Virus record (IMG/VR): IMGVR_UViG_3300030060_002561
Location: 18,726 to 82,725 of that record
Length of the DNA: 64,000 nucleotides
Source: a virus
Taxonomy: Duplodnaviria > Caudoviricetes
Strand: one strand, 5' to 3'
This document shows positions 48,914 through 58,140 of the stretch, piece after piece. The notes under the pieces were generated by a model that did not search any database, was not told the DNA's origin, and worked only from the letters and a program-made list of their open reading frames with translations. The stretch's first letter is position 1. Each line of letters starts with the position of its first letter. A program made the translations under genes and the position numbers.

Positions 48914-50552
48914 AAGAGCAGGTCGCGGCACAGAATACATGCACACATCGTTCTTGTTCAACACGAACAACAAGTTACTGATGAAGCAGTTGTATGGCTC
49001 TAACCGCAACAGAATATTTTTGTCACATGACGGTTCATGGTTTGAAGAAAGAATAAAGAAACTTGACATATCTATGTCAGTCTTTGAAGAAGACATGCCA
49101 GTAATATATGTTAAAGGAAGGAAAGAGTATCTTCGCCAAGATAATGAGAAAGACTGGTACTACTATTCACCTAATTCTTTCACAAAGAGCATGAACAAGT
49201 TTGGTGAGAGAGAGATTAACGTACCGAGAGTCCTTGGTATAGGTCAGCACCACAGTGAAGACCCACTATTGTTTGAAGTGGCGAAGACTGTTGAGCAATA
49301 TCTGTTTGGTCCGACTAAGAAGCAGTACAATCTGCTTGGTGCTGATGATAAGAACTACAGGCACTATCTGGGTTGGAAGTTTCCAGATGGAGAAGTCACA
49401 CTTACTATTCAGAGGAAGAAGTCTTCGTTCTACGTTGACCACACTAGGATGTTAAAGAAGGATGCAATCTATGCAGTAGCCAAGATTCTGATGAGAGCAG
49501 TCTATTGCAGAAGTGCAGAGGTCTTGGAAGAATACATCATCAAGGTCACAGAGACACCACACAATGTTCTCTATGCTATTGAGAACAGGAGTCCTTACTT
49601 CTTCTATGAGATGGGCAGGAAGCAGGAAGTGATGCTCAATACCAAGAGCATTGGTTTGAAAGAAGTAGCCATTGAGATATCAGAAGATATCTGGGCAGGA
49701 ATAACCACGAAGGAATGGAACCAATTCTTGAATGTGTATAGGCATGGTGCTAAGAGAAGCAAGAGATGGCTAGGTATTACTCCTAGAGATTTGTGGATTG
49801 AGTTATTCACAGAAGACAAGAGTAAGGATTCGGAAGGTAAGTATCTATTCCCATCAGAGCCTACATCTGGGCAAGAGAAGATGATGCTCGCATGGCTAAA
49901 GCAGAACAGGAAACATGCTATGGTAGAAGACAGAGCAACTCAACTACTGAGAGGACTAGATGCAGAGTACCCACAACTAACCTATGTCAACTGGCCCGGT
50001 ATCGAAGACCAAGCAATTCATGTCAAGGGAAGAGTAAGAGATTGGGTCATTACTGGTAGAGGTGGTATGAAGGTAGGTCATCAGAACGTTTCGACATACT
50101 GTATAAATTCTAACGAGAAGAACATGTCAAGTTCAAGATTGAAGTTCCGAGGTAGGGAGATTAGCCATAGCATTTGCATAGATAACCTACACAACAACTC
50201 AAGCGTAGGTGACCAGATTGCGGCTAGGGCAATGGTGCTTCTGAATGACGAGTCTGCTTCTCACAGAGTATACACGATTCACGGATATGTCAGAGATAGA
50301 GCAACCGATGAGGTATTGGTTAATCAGCCTAGGATACCTGCTAACGAGTTGATGTCTATTCACTATAGCAAGCAGAAGAAGCGAAGGCAAACCAAGGAAG
50401 CGAATGAGGCTCAGAAGAAGGCCAAAGCAGAGAAGGAAGCCGCAGAACAACTTCAACGGGACTTAGAGGAAAGGAGACTACAACGCGAACGTGAAGATGC
50501 TAGGAGAGCCAGAAGGAGAGAAAGGCGAGCGAGAAGGAGGGCGGTACAATGA
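48861..50552 (+). CDS. Large protein with putative C-terminal E2 (UBC)-like domain
   Basis: HQNV (res. 407-410) ... SICID (C439) followed by the helix GDQIAARAMVLLND, echoing the E2 pattern HPNV...ICLD. Ends in a basic coiled-coil tail. Confidence 0.4.
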   Translation: MERMNMKIKLGIPSIGDRRAGRGTEYMHTSFLFNTNNKLLMKQLYGSNRNRIFLSHDGSWFEERIKKLDISMSVFEEDMPVIYVKGRKEYLRQDNEKDWYYYSPNSFTKSMNKFGEREINVPRVLGIGQHHSEDPLLFEVAKTVEQYLFGPTKKQYNLLGADDKNYRHYLGWKFPDGEVTLTIQRKKSSFYVDHTRMLKKDAIYAVAKILMRAVYCRSAEVLEEYIIKVTETPHNVLYAIENRSPYFFYEMGRKQEVMLNTKSIGLKEVAIEISEDIWAGITTKEWNQFLNVYRHGAKRSKRWLGITPRDLWIELFTEDKSKDSEGKYLFPSEPTSGQEKMMLAWLKQNRKHAMVEDRATQLLRGLDAEYPQLTYVNWPGIEDQAIHVKGRVRDWVITGRGGMKVGHQNVSTYCINSNEKNMSSSRLKFRGREISHSICIDNLHNNSSVGDQIAARAMVLLNDESASHRVYTIHGYVRDRATDEVLVNQPRIPANELMSIHYSKQKKRRQTKEANEAQKKAKAEKEAAEQLQRDLEERRLQREREDARRARRRERRARRRAVQ

Positions 50553-51523
50553 AGTGTGAACTGTGTAAGTCTCGCAACCTAGTATTCAACGAAGCACTTG
50601 GCGAGAATGTATGCTCAGAGTGTGGGTATGTCAACGTGACTGCTCCCTTTGAGAAGCACGTTCTCGTCAAGTGGGATGATAGTGGTCAACCTAACAAGAG
50701 TCCAGACAAAGGACATCTAGGTTCTTTCATCGCTAAGAGTGAGGCGTTTGTAAACAAGAAGTTTCACCTTTGGCAACAGAATGTAAGAACAGAGACTTGG
50801 GCGGCACACAAAAGAAAAGCCGCAACGAAAGAAGTTGATACCAAGATGATGATGTATCTATCTGAGTATGGTGCGTCTAAGGATTTGAAGGAAAGCGCGA
50901 AGGCGTATTATCTGGCTATGTTCAAAGACGACTATCTCAGAGGATACTCAAACGAACGTAAAGCGGCAGGTGTGACTTTCTTTGTATTGAAAGAGGCAGG
51001 TATCATAACTAGCCTAGACAAACATGCTAGGATTACTAGAGTGGACAAGAGATATCTCTCTAAGATTGCTAAGAAAATAGCAAAATATGCAAGGAAGTCA
51101 TACGTGTTTGCTAAAGAAACACCACAAGAATCAGTAGATTCTTTGCTTGGAAACATGAAAAACGTAACAGAATCGCAGAGAAATGCGGCTTTTTTGTTCA
51201 TAGAATATGTTTCTAGGGTCTATGAAGACCTAAATATGCGACTATCTAACAATAGAATAGGAGCAGGTGTTTGGATTGCTACTAAAATGATAAGCGAACC
51301 AATTACACAAACAGACATAGTGAAGTATTGGCTATGTTCTGATTACGGCATTAGGAATAATGCTAAGGAAATGTGCGAATTATTGTCAATAGACAAAGCA
51401 AGTTTATCTTGTTATGACATAGAAGACGTAGTTAAAGGAATAAGAGTGAGGAATGAAAATGAAAATGGAAAGAAAAACAGTGAAAGAAACAAGAACGAGG
51501 TGCTTCTGAATGAGGCATCGTAA
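50549..51523 (+). CDS. tfb: Transcription factor B (TFIIB/TFB) homolog
   Basis: N-terminal Zn ribbon CELC...GENVCSECGYV and two cyclin-like repeats (LRGYSNERKAAG; ITQTDIVK). Confidence 0.8.
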   Translation: MKCELCKSRNLVFNEALGENVCSECGYVNVTAPFEKHVLVKWDDSGQPNKSPDKGHLGSFIAKSEAFVNKKFHLWQQNVRTETWAAHKRKAATKEVDTKMMMYLSEYGASKDLKESAKAYYLAMFKDDYLRGYSNERKAAGVTFFVLKEAGIITSLDKHARITRVDKRYLSKIAKKIAKYARKSYVFAKETPQESVDSLLGNMKNVTESQRNAAFLFIEYVSRVYEDLNMRLSNNRIGAGVWIATKMISEPITQTDIVKYWLCSDYGIRNNAKEMCELLSIDKASLSCYDIEDVVKGIRVRNENENGKKNSERNKNEVLLNEAS

Positions 51524-52094
51524 GGTACTATTGATTGGGGCAGGTGGAATAGGTAGTTATCTAATTCCAATACTGAACAGACTTGGTGTGTATCAGGTTA
51601 CTGCCTTTGACGATGATAAGGTTGAGCAGAAGAATCTGCGGTATCAGAACTTTAGCGCAGATGACCTAGGGGAACTCAAGGTCTATTGCTTCTCTTCTGA
51701 TATGGGTGGTATGTATGAAGCACAACCATATCTTGTTCTAACAGAGAAGCAGTTGAAGGGATATGACTTGGTTATCTGTTGTGCAGATAATCTAGCAGTA
51801 AGAAGAATGCTATATCGTCAAGGCCACGGCGATGATGCTAAAGTCAAGTGGCTTGATTTGAGAGCGCAAGGTCGCAATGCGGCTTTGATTTCTTACAAGG
51901 TGGATAAGAACTTCCAAGATACATTGTTGAATGGGCCAGAGGGTTCTTTCTCCTGCCAAGGCGGAGATTGGGATGGTACTGGTAAGGAAGTAAACTGTAT
52001 GCACATGCTGATTGCAGGATATGCCGCACAATGGATTCAGAAGTGGTTCAATGACCACGATGATGTTGTTGACAAGGTGGTGCTAAATGTATGA
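51510..52094 (+). CDS. ThiF/E1-like adenylyltransferase
   Basis: LLIGAGGIGS, DDDKVEQKNLRYQNF and CCADNLAVR motifs; candidate catalytic Cys in GSFSCQ. Confidence 0.88.
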   Translation: MRHRKVLLIGAGGIGSYLIPILNRLGVYQVTAFDDDKVEQKNLRYQNFSADDLGELKVYCFSSDMGGMYEAQPYLVLTEKQLKGYDLVICCADNLAVRRMLYRQGHGDDAKVKWLDLRAQGRNAALISYKVDKNFQDTLLNGPEGSFSCQGGDWDGTGKEVNCMHMLIAGYAAQWIQKWFNDHDDVVDKVVLNV

Positions 52095-52333
52095 AGTTCG
52101 CAAGTGATTATTGGACATGCAAGTGTGGTGACCCTATGGTATGGACACTAGACATCGGAACACCAATTGCATTGGTACAGAACCAACCACGGATACCCGT
52201 ACTGTATGTTTATGGGTGTCAGTCTTGTGGCTACCAAAAGAATGTACGATTGATGATAATCAATCCTGCTACGCAGAATGTAGTAGATGAGATATCAATG
52301 ATAGAAGACACTATGAAAACAGGAGATGAATGA
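52091..52333 (+). CDS. Small zinc-ribbon protein
   Basis: CKCG...CQSCG. Confidence 0.55.
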   Translation: MKFASDYWTCKCGDPMVWTLDIGTPIALVQNQPRIPVLYVYGCQSCGYQKNVRLMIINPATQNVVDEISMIEDTMKTGDE

Positions 52334-52573
52334 ATGAGTGATGCAGAGAAAATAGAGGATTTAACAGAGGAAGACATTGATAATATTGTGGATATACTAT
52401 CGACAGATGGATACTATCCACAAGCGCAGATTGTGAAAGTTACATGTCCCGCATGTGGTGAAGCGTTTCTAGGAACGAAGAGACATGCAGGTGGTTTCAT
52501 TGCAGGTCATAAAGCGTATCACGAATTTGAGAATCAGATGGATGTCATGATTAAAGAAATGGGCGGAGCATAA
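52334..52573 (+). CDS. Small C2H2-like zinc-finger protein
   Basis: CPACG...HKAYH; TAATG overlap with the JAB gene. Confidence 0.6.
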   Translation: MSDAEKIEDLTEEDIDNIVDILSTDGYYPQAQIVKVTCPACGEAFLGTKRHAGGFIAGHKAYHEFENQMDVMIKEMGGA

Positions 52574-53055
52574 TGGAGATTAAGAATGAGAATTGGAAGA
52601 GAGATATTGTTGATGCGTTTGTATCCTGTATATCACATACCACAGGGCCAGTACCATACAACAATCCAAACAACGAATTAGAGGCTTTTCTCTCAGTTAT
52701 CTGGGAGAAGTCGATGAAGGCTTTCGACAAACCTAGAGAAGTACAGGTAGTCGTTGACGCGAAGAACACAGTCTTCATCAATGTTGGAACACCTAGTTTC
52801 GTTTCGTTTGATGGTGCAGACGAAGAAGAATTGGAAGGTATGAAATTGCCATTCAAGTGTTGGATTCACACCCATCCATTTGGTCAAGCGTACTTTAGTG
52901 GAACTGATTGGAAGACGCTGAACACATGGAAGCCAATGCTCGCCAATGCAATAGTATTGGGTGATAACGAGTATTGGGCATATGACGTAAAGAGGGAGAT
53001 AGTAAAGCAAGTAAAGTATGGACTGCTTCAAAGTCCGAAAATAGAAGAGGAATAA
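52573..53055 (+). CDS. JAB/MPN+ (JAMM) metalloprotease
   Basis: E56 plus an exact H-x-H-x7-S-x2-D motif, HTHPFGQAYFSGTD (99-112). Confidence 0.85.
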   Translation: MEIKNENWKRDIVDAFVSCISHTTGPVPYNNPNNELEAFLSVIWEKSMKAFDKPREVQVVVDAKNTVFINVGTPSFVSFDGADEEELEGMKLPFKCWIHTHPFGQAYFSGTDWKTLNTWKPMLANAIVLGDNEYWAYDVKREIVKQVKYGLLQSPKIEEE

Positions 53056-53057
53056 AA

Positions 53058-53303
53058 ATGATAGGAAAAGAATTGGATAATATAAAGAAGAAAGTAAACA
53101 AGATAGAGAAGGAGCGAAAGCAATACCTAGACCTACTTGTATATTGTAGAACTGAACTGGAGAAACTAGGATGGTGCGAGGATATACAATGGGACAACAA
53201 GAAGATGCAGAAGTCGTATGAGATTATGATGGACACGCTTCATGGTCAAGAGACAGACGATGAAATCGAAGGTAGTCAAGCAACATTAGAAGAGGGATTC
53301 TGA
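53058..53303 (+). CDS. Hypothetical protein
   Basis: 81-aa ORF in the operon. Confidence 0.5.
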   Translation: MIGKELDNIKKKVNKIEKERKQYLDLLVYCRTELEKLGWCEDIQWDNKKMQKSYEIMMDTLHGQETDDEIEGSQATLEEGF

Positions 53304-53454
53304 TGCGTAAAGAGATGCTATACAGATTGTATCAAGACTGGACTAGAGATGATTTAGTGAATGTTGTTGTAGAACTCCAACAGAGACTAATCAAGTTAGA
53401 AGGTAGAGTCGCAGTAGTAGAGAAGACTATTAAGAAATTCACAGAGGAATCACA

Positions 53455-53835
53455 ATGATGAGAGTCTTACTGGCATTGCTTCTACTGTCTTCATCATTGG
53501 CGGGTTGTGCGGAGATGATACCTGACCCTCCATTAGAAGAAGACAAACCACTCTGGGTCACAGAGTATCATAACTTCACCTACGAGAATAACACCACACT
53601 TCCAATGATATCATTCGGTGACAACACCACATTGTTTGAGGTGTTTTCAGCGAGTGTGGTTATGTACAATGAAACGGTCAATCAAACAATAGAGATGAAA
53701 CCATACTTTCTGATTGACGATACAAGATTCAAACAACAACATGCACCTGCTATGGGAGAAGTATCCTTGGTGTTAATAGACTTGGAAGGATATCAGTACA
53801 ATTGCACAGTTGTGTATAGGTTGTGGAAACTATGA
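53455..53835 (+). CDS. Predicted lipoprotein
   Basis: Signal MMRVLLALLLLSSSLAGC with an LAGC lipobox and several N-x-S/T sequons. Confidence 0.7.
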   Translation: MMRVLLALLLLSSSLAGCAEMIPDPPLEEDKPLWVTEYHNFTYENNTTLPMISFGDNTTLFEVFSASVVMYNETVNQTIEMKPYFLIDDTRFKQQHAPAMGEVSLVLIDLEGYQYNCTVVYRLWKL

Positions 53836-54020
53836 GTGACCAATTCAATCCAGATTCAAATATGTATTCAGGTGATTTGGAAGACTATCTAGTTTCTTTG
53901 TATCGCTTAGGTAGACAACATATGCGCCTAACTGACAATAACGAACATGATAAAGCGGCTGAAATAGACCGTGACGCTGATGAACTGATTAGAATGATTG
54001 TAGGTGAGGTATTCGGATGA
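53823..54020 (+). CDS. Hypothetical protein
   Basis: 65-aa ORF overlapping its neighbours. Confidence 0.5.
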   Translation: METMSDQFNPDSNMYSGDLEDYLVSLYRLGRQHMRLTDNNEHDKAAEIDRDADELIRMIVGEVFG

Positions 54021-54412
54021 AACGAGCGATTTCTATCAACTTCCCTGCTCCTATTGGAGCGCAGATATCATGCCCCATTTGTGAAGGCAACAAGTGTAAG
54101 GTATGTGACATGACGGGTAAGATAGAAGTCAATGTCGGTGCAAAGGTTCCCATTCAGCAACACTTGATTGTGAAGTACGTTGCTGAGAATCTAGAAGAAG
54201 TATCATCTGAGTTGTCAAAGCATTTCGGTCTTGTTCCTATGGTACAGACAGAAGACATGTTCAACGTAGGTGAGAAGACGTATGAGTTGGTGAAGATAAG
54301 TAGTGTTGGTGGAGTAGTTTGGGTTGCTCATAGAGTTGATGAGTTGGAGTCCCCAAGGTACTTCACTTCCGTACTTCATCTTTCAAATTTCAAAAGGGGG
54401 ATGAGCGATTGA
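54017..54412 (+). CDS. Zinc-finger protein
   Basis: CPICEGNKCKVCDMTG. Confidence 0.55.
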   Translation: MKRAISINFPAPIGAQISCPICEGNKCKVCDMTGKIEVNVGAKVPIQQHLIVKYVAENLEEVSSELSKHFGLVPMVQTEDMFNVGEKTYELVKISSVGGVVWVAHRVDELESPRYFTSVLHLSNFKRGMSD

Positions 54413-54642
54413 GTAATGATAAGATGAAGATAGTGGCTAGGTTTCCTAGAAGCGCAACAACGGAGTTGGTGGTGCAAGAAGGAGAGTATTGGAACATCGA
54501 GGTAATTGACGTTAGATGGTTCAATGAAGGAAAGCCCACAAGGAAGGGCATAAGAATAAACAAAGACGAGTTAGGGAATCTCTTGAAAATTCTCAATAAA
54601 ATTGGTGATAAAAATGTGGATAAGAATGGCGAGGATGCTTGA
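54409..54642 (+). CDS. PC4-like ssDNA-binding protein
   Basis: IDVRWF...KPTRKGIRI matches the PC4/YdbC signature. Confidence 0.75.
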   Translation: MSNDKMKIVARFPRSATTELVVQEGEYWNIEVIDVRWFNEGKPTRKGIRINKDELGNLLKILNKIGDKNVDKNGEDA

Positions 54643-56161
54643 AGTAATAGAGAATGTAAATAGCACTAATGCTAAGGTCGAAGCAATAGAGAGAAATTTC
54701 AGTTCTTTCAACCCCGGTTGGGCCGGGATGATGACTGTACTCTTGGGTGATTATGGGCCTAGCAATATAGGAGAGAAGAGAGCAATCTCTTGGTTGGCTT
54801 CTATACTAGGAGTGCATGAAGAAGAGATAAAGTCGTATGCGGAGTCATATGGTGACTTGGGTGAAGGTGTGTACATGTTCGGTGGTGTTTCAGAAACGCC
54901 TTCTGACATCACCATAACAACCGTATTGAGATTGTTCAATATGGATTGTTCTTCTATAAATGGTCAAGCGTATTCCATGTACGAAGAAATTCTCAGACAG
55001 ATGGATTCTTTGGAGTTGAAGTGGTTTGTTAGATATTGGTTGAAGACACCTAGGAATGGTGTTAGTACATCAACAGTAACGAAAGCCATGGCACAACGAC
55101 ATGGTTCTAGGTTCGTTTCAAGGTTGAGAGACTTCGATATGATTACGTTATTGTCATATGCGGAAGCAAATCCAGATGATTGGGAAAAGCATCTACCAGA
55201 AGTAAGTCACATTGGTAGGTACATCAAGCCCATGCTTGCTAAGAAGTTAGAAGACAACCAACCACTACCAGAAGAATACGTGATTGATATCAAGTATGAT
55301 GGTAACAGGTATCAGATACACCATTCTCCAGATACTACTATGATATTCAACAGAGCAGGTAAGTTAGTCACAGAACAGTATCCAGATGTAGTCAGTATAT
55401 TGGAAGACTGTAATGATACCTTCATTGTTGACGGAGAGATTTATCCAGTTAACCATGATGGCTCTCCCGCAGAACACAAGAAACTAGGAACAAGAGTACA
55501 CTCTAAAGATAAGGCTCAGGCCGTAGCAGATTGCCCAGTAAAACTGGTCGTCTTCGACATAATGTATGATGGATTTGAGTCTCTTCTTGATATGCCATAT
55601 AAAACAAGACTAGAGCAACTGGAGAAGTTTGTTGTTCTAAGGCCATACAATGCAAGGCTTCTATCGCTAGACCGTGTTGCTTCCTACAACTACGCAATCA
55701 ATGAAGGATACGAAGGTATCATGATTAAGGATTTGAATGCGCCATACGAATCTAAGAGAAGTAAGGCTTTGTTGAAGCACAAGCCACCAAGGATAGATTT
55801 CGATGTCGTGATATTATCAGCCAAGTATGGTGGGGGGAAGAGAAGTGATGTCTTTGGCACATATGAGATGGGAGTGGTTAGTGATGATGGTTATACATCC
55901 GTGGGTTCTGTTGGTTCAGGTCTTAGTGATGAAGACCTTTTGTCATTGACTACACAACTAAAGAGGATAGTCGAAAGATATGACAACAAGACAGACACGT
56001 TTCACGTACTACCGAGGATTGTACTACAGGTGACTGCTGATTTAGTATCAAGAGATGCCAATGGAAACTACGGTCTGAGGTTCCCTAGAGTACAGAGAAT
56101 CCGACATGACAAGTATCCTGCTGATTGCAATACCTTAGATGACGTAAGAGGTGAGGCATGA
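54602..56161 (+). CDS. lig: ATP-dependent DNA ligase (replication module)
   Basis: IKPMLAKK, DIKYDGNR, IVDGEI, VFDIM, EGIMIK, VGSGLSDE and LRFPRVQRIRHDK. Confidence 0.93.
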   Translation: MVIKMWIRMARMLEVIENVNSTNAKVEAIERNFSSFNPGWAGMMTVLLGDYGPSNIGEKRAISWLASILGVHEEEIKSYAESYGDLGEGVYMFGGVSETPSDITITTVLRLFNMDCSSINGQAYSMYEEILRQMDSLELKWFVRYWLKTPRNGVSTSTVTKAMAQRHGSRFVSRLRDFDMITLLSYAEANPDDWEKHLPEVSHIGRYIKPMLAKKLEDNQPLPEEYVIDIKYDGNRYQIHHSPDTTMIFNRAGKLVTEQYPDVVSILEDCNDTFIVDGEIYPVNHDGSPAEHKKLGTRVHSKDKAQAVADCPVKLVVFDIMYDGFESLLDMPYKTRLEQLEKFVVLRPYNARLLSLDRVASYNYAINEGYEGIMIKDLNAPYESKRSKALLKHKPPRIDFDVVILSAKYGGGKRSDVFGTYEMGVVSDDGYTSVGSVGSGLSDEDLLSLTTQLKRIVERYDNKTDTFHVLPRIVLQVTADLVSRDANGNYGLRFPRVQRIRHDKYPADCNTLDDVRGEA

Positions 56162-56580
56162 TGTTCAGTAGGGACTATCTTGCGGGAATGCTCTACGCAA
56201 AGGCGCAACCCGTAATCAGAGTATCCAAGAATGCAGACTCTGCTTTGGGATATAGAGTAACCATGATGGTGAATTTCAAGTTAAGAGGTAAGATAGATGA
56301 GCATCACTCTGCCTTATTGAAAGGTATGCAACGAACATTGCTTCAATATAGAATTGAGTCAACTATCAACAAGAAGGGTCTTACTATTGCCAGAATTGAT
56401 TCGATTGACAGTTTGATGGATTTGATGTTACTCGCACCCAACTGTGGAAACAAACTGCCTCTAGAGTATAGCCTGAAAGGAAGATGGGACAAATTCGTAA
56501 GGGTGTGGGCGGTTTACTCTGTAGGAGAACACCTCACCCAAGATGGACTAAATCAGATTATTGAAATACTAGGAGTCTAA
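56158..56580 (+). CDS. Degenerate LAGLIDADG-like protein
   Basis: YLAGMLYAKA lacks the catalytic acidic residue; the C-terminal HLTQDGLNQIIEI is typical of the family. Confidence 0.55.
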   Translation: MMFSRDYLAGMLYAKAQPVIRVSKNADSALGYRVTMMVNFKLRGKIDEHHSALLKGMQRTLLQYRIESTINKKGLTIARIDSIDSLMDLMLLAPNCGNKLPLEYSLKGRWDKFVRVWAVYSVGEHLTQDGLNQIIEILGV

Positions 56581-56590
56581 GACGATTCCT

Positions 56591-56971
56591 GTGAAGAGGA
56601 CCGAGATTAAGGGCATCAATCTATGCCCTAGATGTGAACTCCGACCAACGGGGTTCCAGAAAAGACATTGTTCCCCATGTCAATTGAGAATATCAATGTC
56701 ACCTACGTTCCCACCTATCTCTGATGATGAGATAATCGACCACTATGTGTTTGAGATGTTGAAGAAGGGATGTAGGGAATGTGGGGAGAACAGAGAAGGA
56801 CACTTCTACTTTGAAGCGGGTGTCCAAGATGAAGATGAAAATGGAATAAAGAATGGATTGAAGTGGTACATGGCGCAAGTAGAATGCCATTCATGTAATT
56901 GCCACTACGATGAACTCTTTGAAGTAAGAGGCGAATTGAATGAGTTTAATAAAAACGATAAAGAAACATAA
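56591..56971 (+). CDS. Zinc-finger protein
   Basis: CPRC, CSPC, CREC and CHSC pairs. Confidence 0.55.
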   Translation: MKRTEIKGINLCPRCELRPTGFQKRHCSPCQLRISMSPTFPPISDDEIIDHYVFEMLKKGCRECGENREGHFYFEAGVQDEDENGIKNGLKWYMAQVECHSCNCHYDELFEVRGELNEFNKNDKET

Positions 56972-57794
56972 TGATAGCAAACCAATAATAATTGTAGGAA
57001 AACCCGGAAGCAAGAAGATAGACAAAGCGATGTCTTTCGTATCAGATACTCCGATTGTCACATACGCTAATGAGTATGACATCGAGGATATTTGGAGCAT
57101 CCCATTAGAGAGGGGTATCATAATCCAAGAGGCGAATTTCAAACCCAAGAAGGATTTGATAATGAGAACCCTATCTGGATACAATGGTCAAGTGGTCTTG
57201 ACTTCTGATAATCAGAAGGATGTACCGAAGCCAATCTTCGACATGTGTATGTTGAAGCGGTCTAGGGTACTACGTGATGAGTTGAAGGAGAAAGCACCAC
57301 ATGCCGAGGAACCAGTCAATTACGAGATTGACATCTATTCCTTGGTGATGGACTATCTAAAGAATGCAGATAGAGATGATGTTGCTACCAAGTTGAAACT
57401 GAATGCCCCACCGGATGTTCAGTTTGTTTCTTGGTTATCTCCTAATGTACATCCTAACAAGTTATCATTTGCAGATTGTATAGTAAAGCGTAGGTGGTCT
57501 AACGATTACTTCTACGAGTTACTTGCGTATGCACATGATGGTAGGATGTATAGGAAGATACAGATGCCGAAGAGAATGAAGAGAAATAACTTGGAGAAGA
57601 TTTGCTACAAGTTAGGACTCAAGGGTACAGAGAGATACCTTCTCGCTGACCTGATGAAAGATGAAGGTTTCAAAGCCTACATGAAGAACGAATTAGATGG
57701 TACTGAAACTAGAATGTTGAAGTTAGGTGCTAAGACAAGAAAGAAGAAGTTAGATGTAACTTACGCTAACAATGACCTAAGAAGGTGGATATAA
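56940..57794 (+). CDS. Degenerate RFC large-subunit-like clamp-loader protein
   Basis: IIIVGKPGSKK (degenerate Walker A) with an AAA+-like strand order, near the RFC small subunit. Inference. Confidence 0.45.
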   Translation: MSLIKTIKKHNDSKPIIIVGKPGSKKIDKAMSFVSDTPIVTYANEYDIEDIWSIPLERGIIIQEANFKPKKDLIMRTLSGYNGQVVLTSDNQKDVPKPIFDMCMLKRSRVLRDELKEKAPHAEEPVNYEIDIYSLVMDYLKNADRDDVATKLKLNAPPDVQFVSWLSPNVHPNKLSFADCIVKRRWSNDYFYELLAYAHDGRMYRKIQMPKRMKRNNLEKICYKLGLKGTERYLLADLMKDEGFKAYMKNELDGTETRMLKLGAKTRKKKLDVTYANNDLRRWI

Positions 57795-57930
57795 AAATGA
57801 AAGAAGAAATAGATGAAAGAATAGAAATGATATGGCTACAAACATCTGGAACGGGAACGCAAGCGTTTCCTATGAGATGGGTGAACACCAGTAAGCCAAT
57901 GAGTGCGAAGGAGTATTTCCACAGTATAAC

Positions 57931-58140
57931 GTGGAACAATCAAGGGAATGTGAAACAATGAGTGAGATAGAAGACAATGTGATAATAAAGATAGCAAGAA
58001 GAAGCATAGCAGGGCAGAAAAAATACGGCACTACTATGGAACGTAAAGACCTAACACGCAAGGAATGGTTAATCCATGCTCAAGAAGAAGCGATGGACCT
58101 AGCAGTTTACCTAGAGAGATTGATACAGGAGGAAGAGTGA
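57931..58140 (+). CDS. Small all-alpha NTP pyrophosphatase-like protein
   Basis: GQKKYG...WLIHAQEEAMDLAVYL, a MazG-like EExxD motif. Confidence 0.5.
   Translation: MEQSRECETMSEIEDNVIIKIARRSIAGQKKYGTTMERKDLTRKEWLIHAQEEAMDLAVYLERLIQEEE

Noticed and set aside
51510-52094. ThiF protein as a thiamine or molybdopterin biosynthesis auxiliary gene
   Set aside because: No ThiG, MoaE or sulfurtransferase partner is visible in the window, and JAMM plus a capped Ubl fit conjugation better. Not fully excluded, because host enzymes could supply partners.
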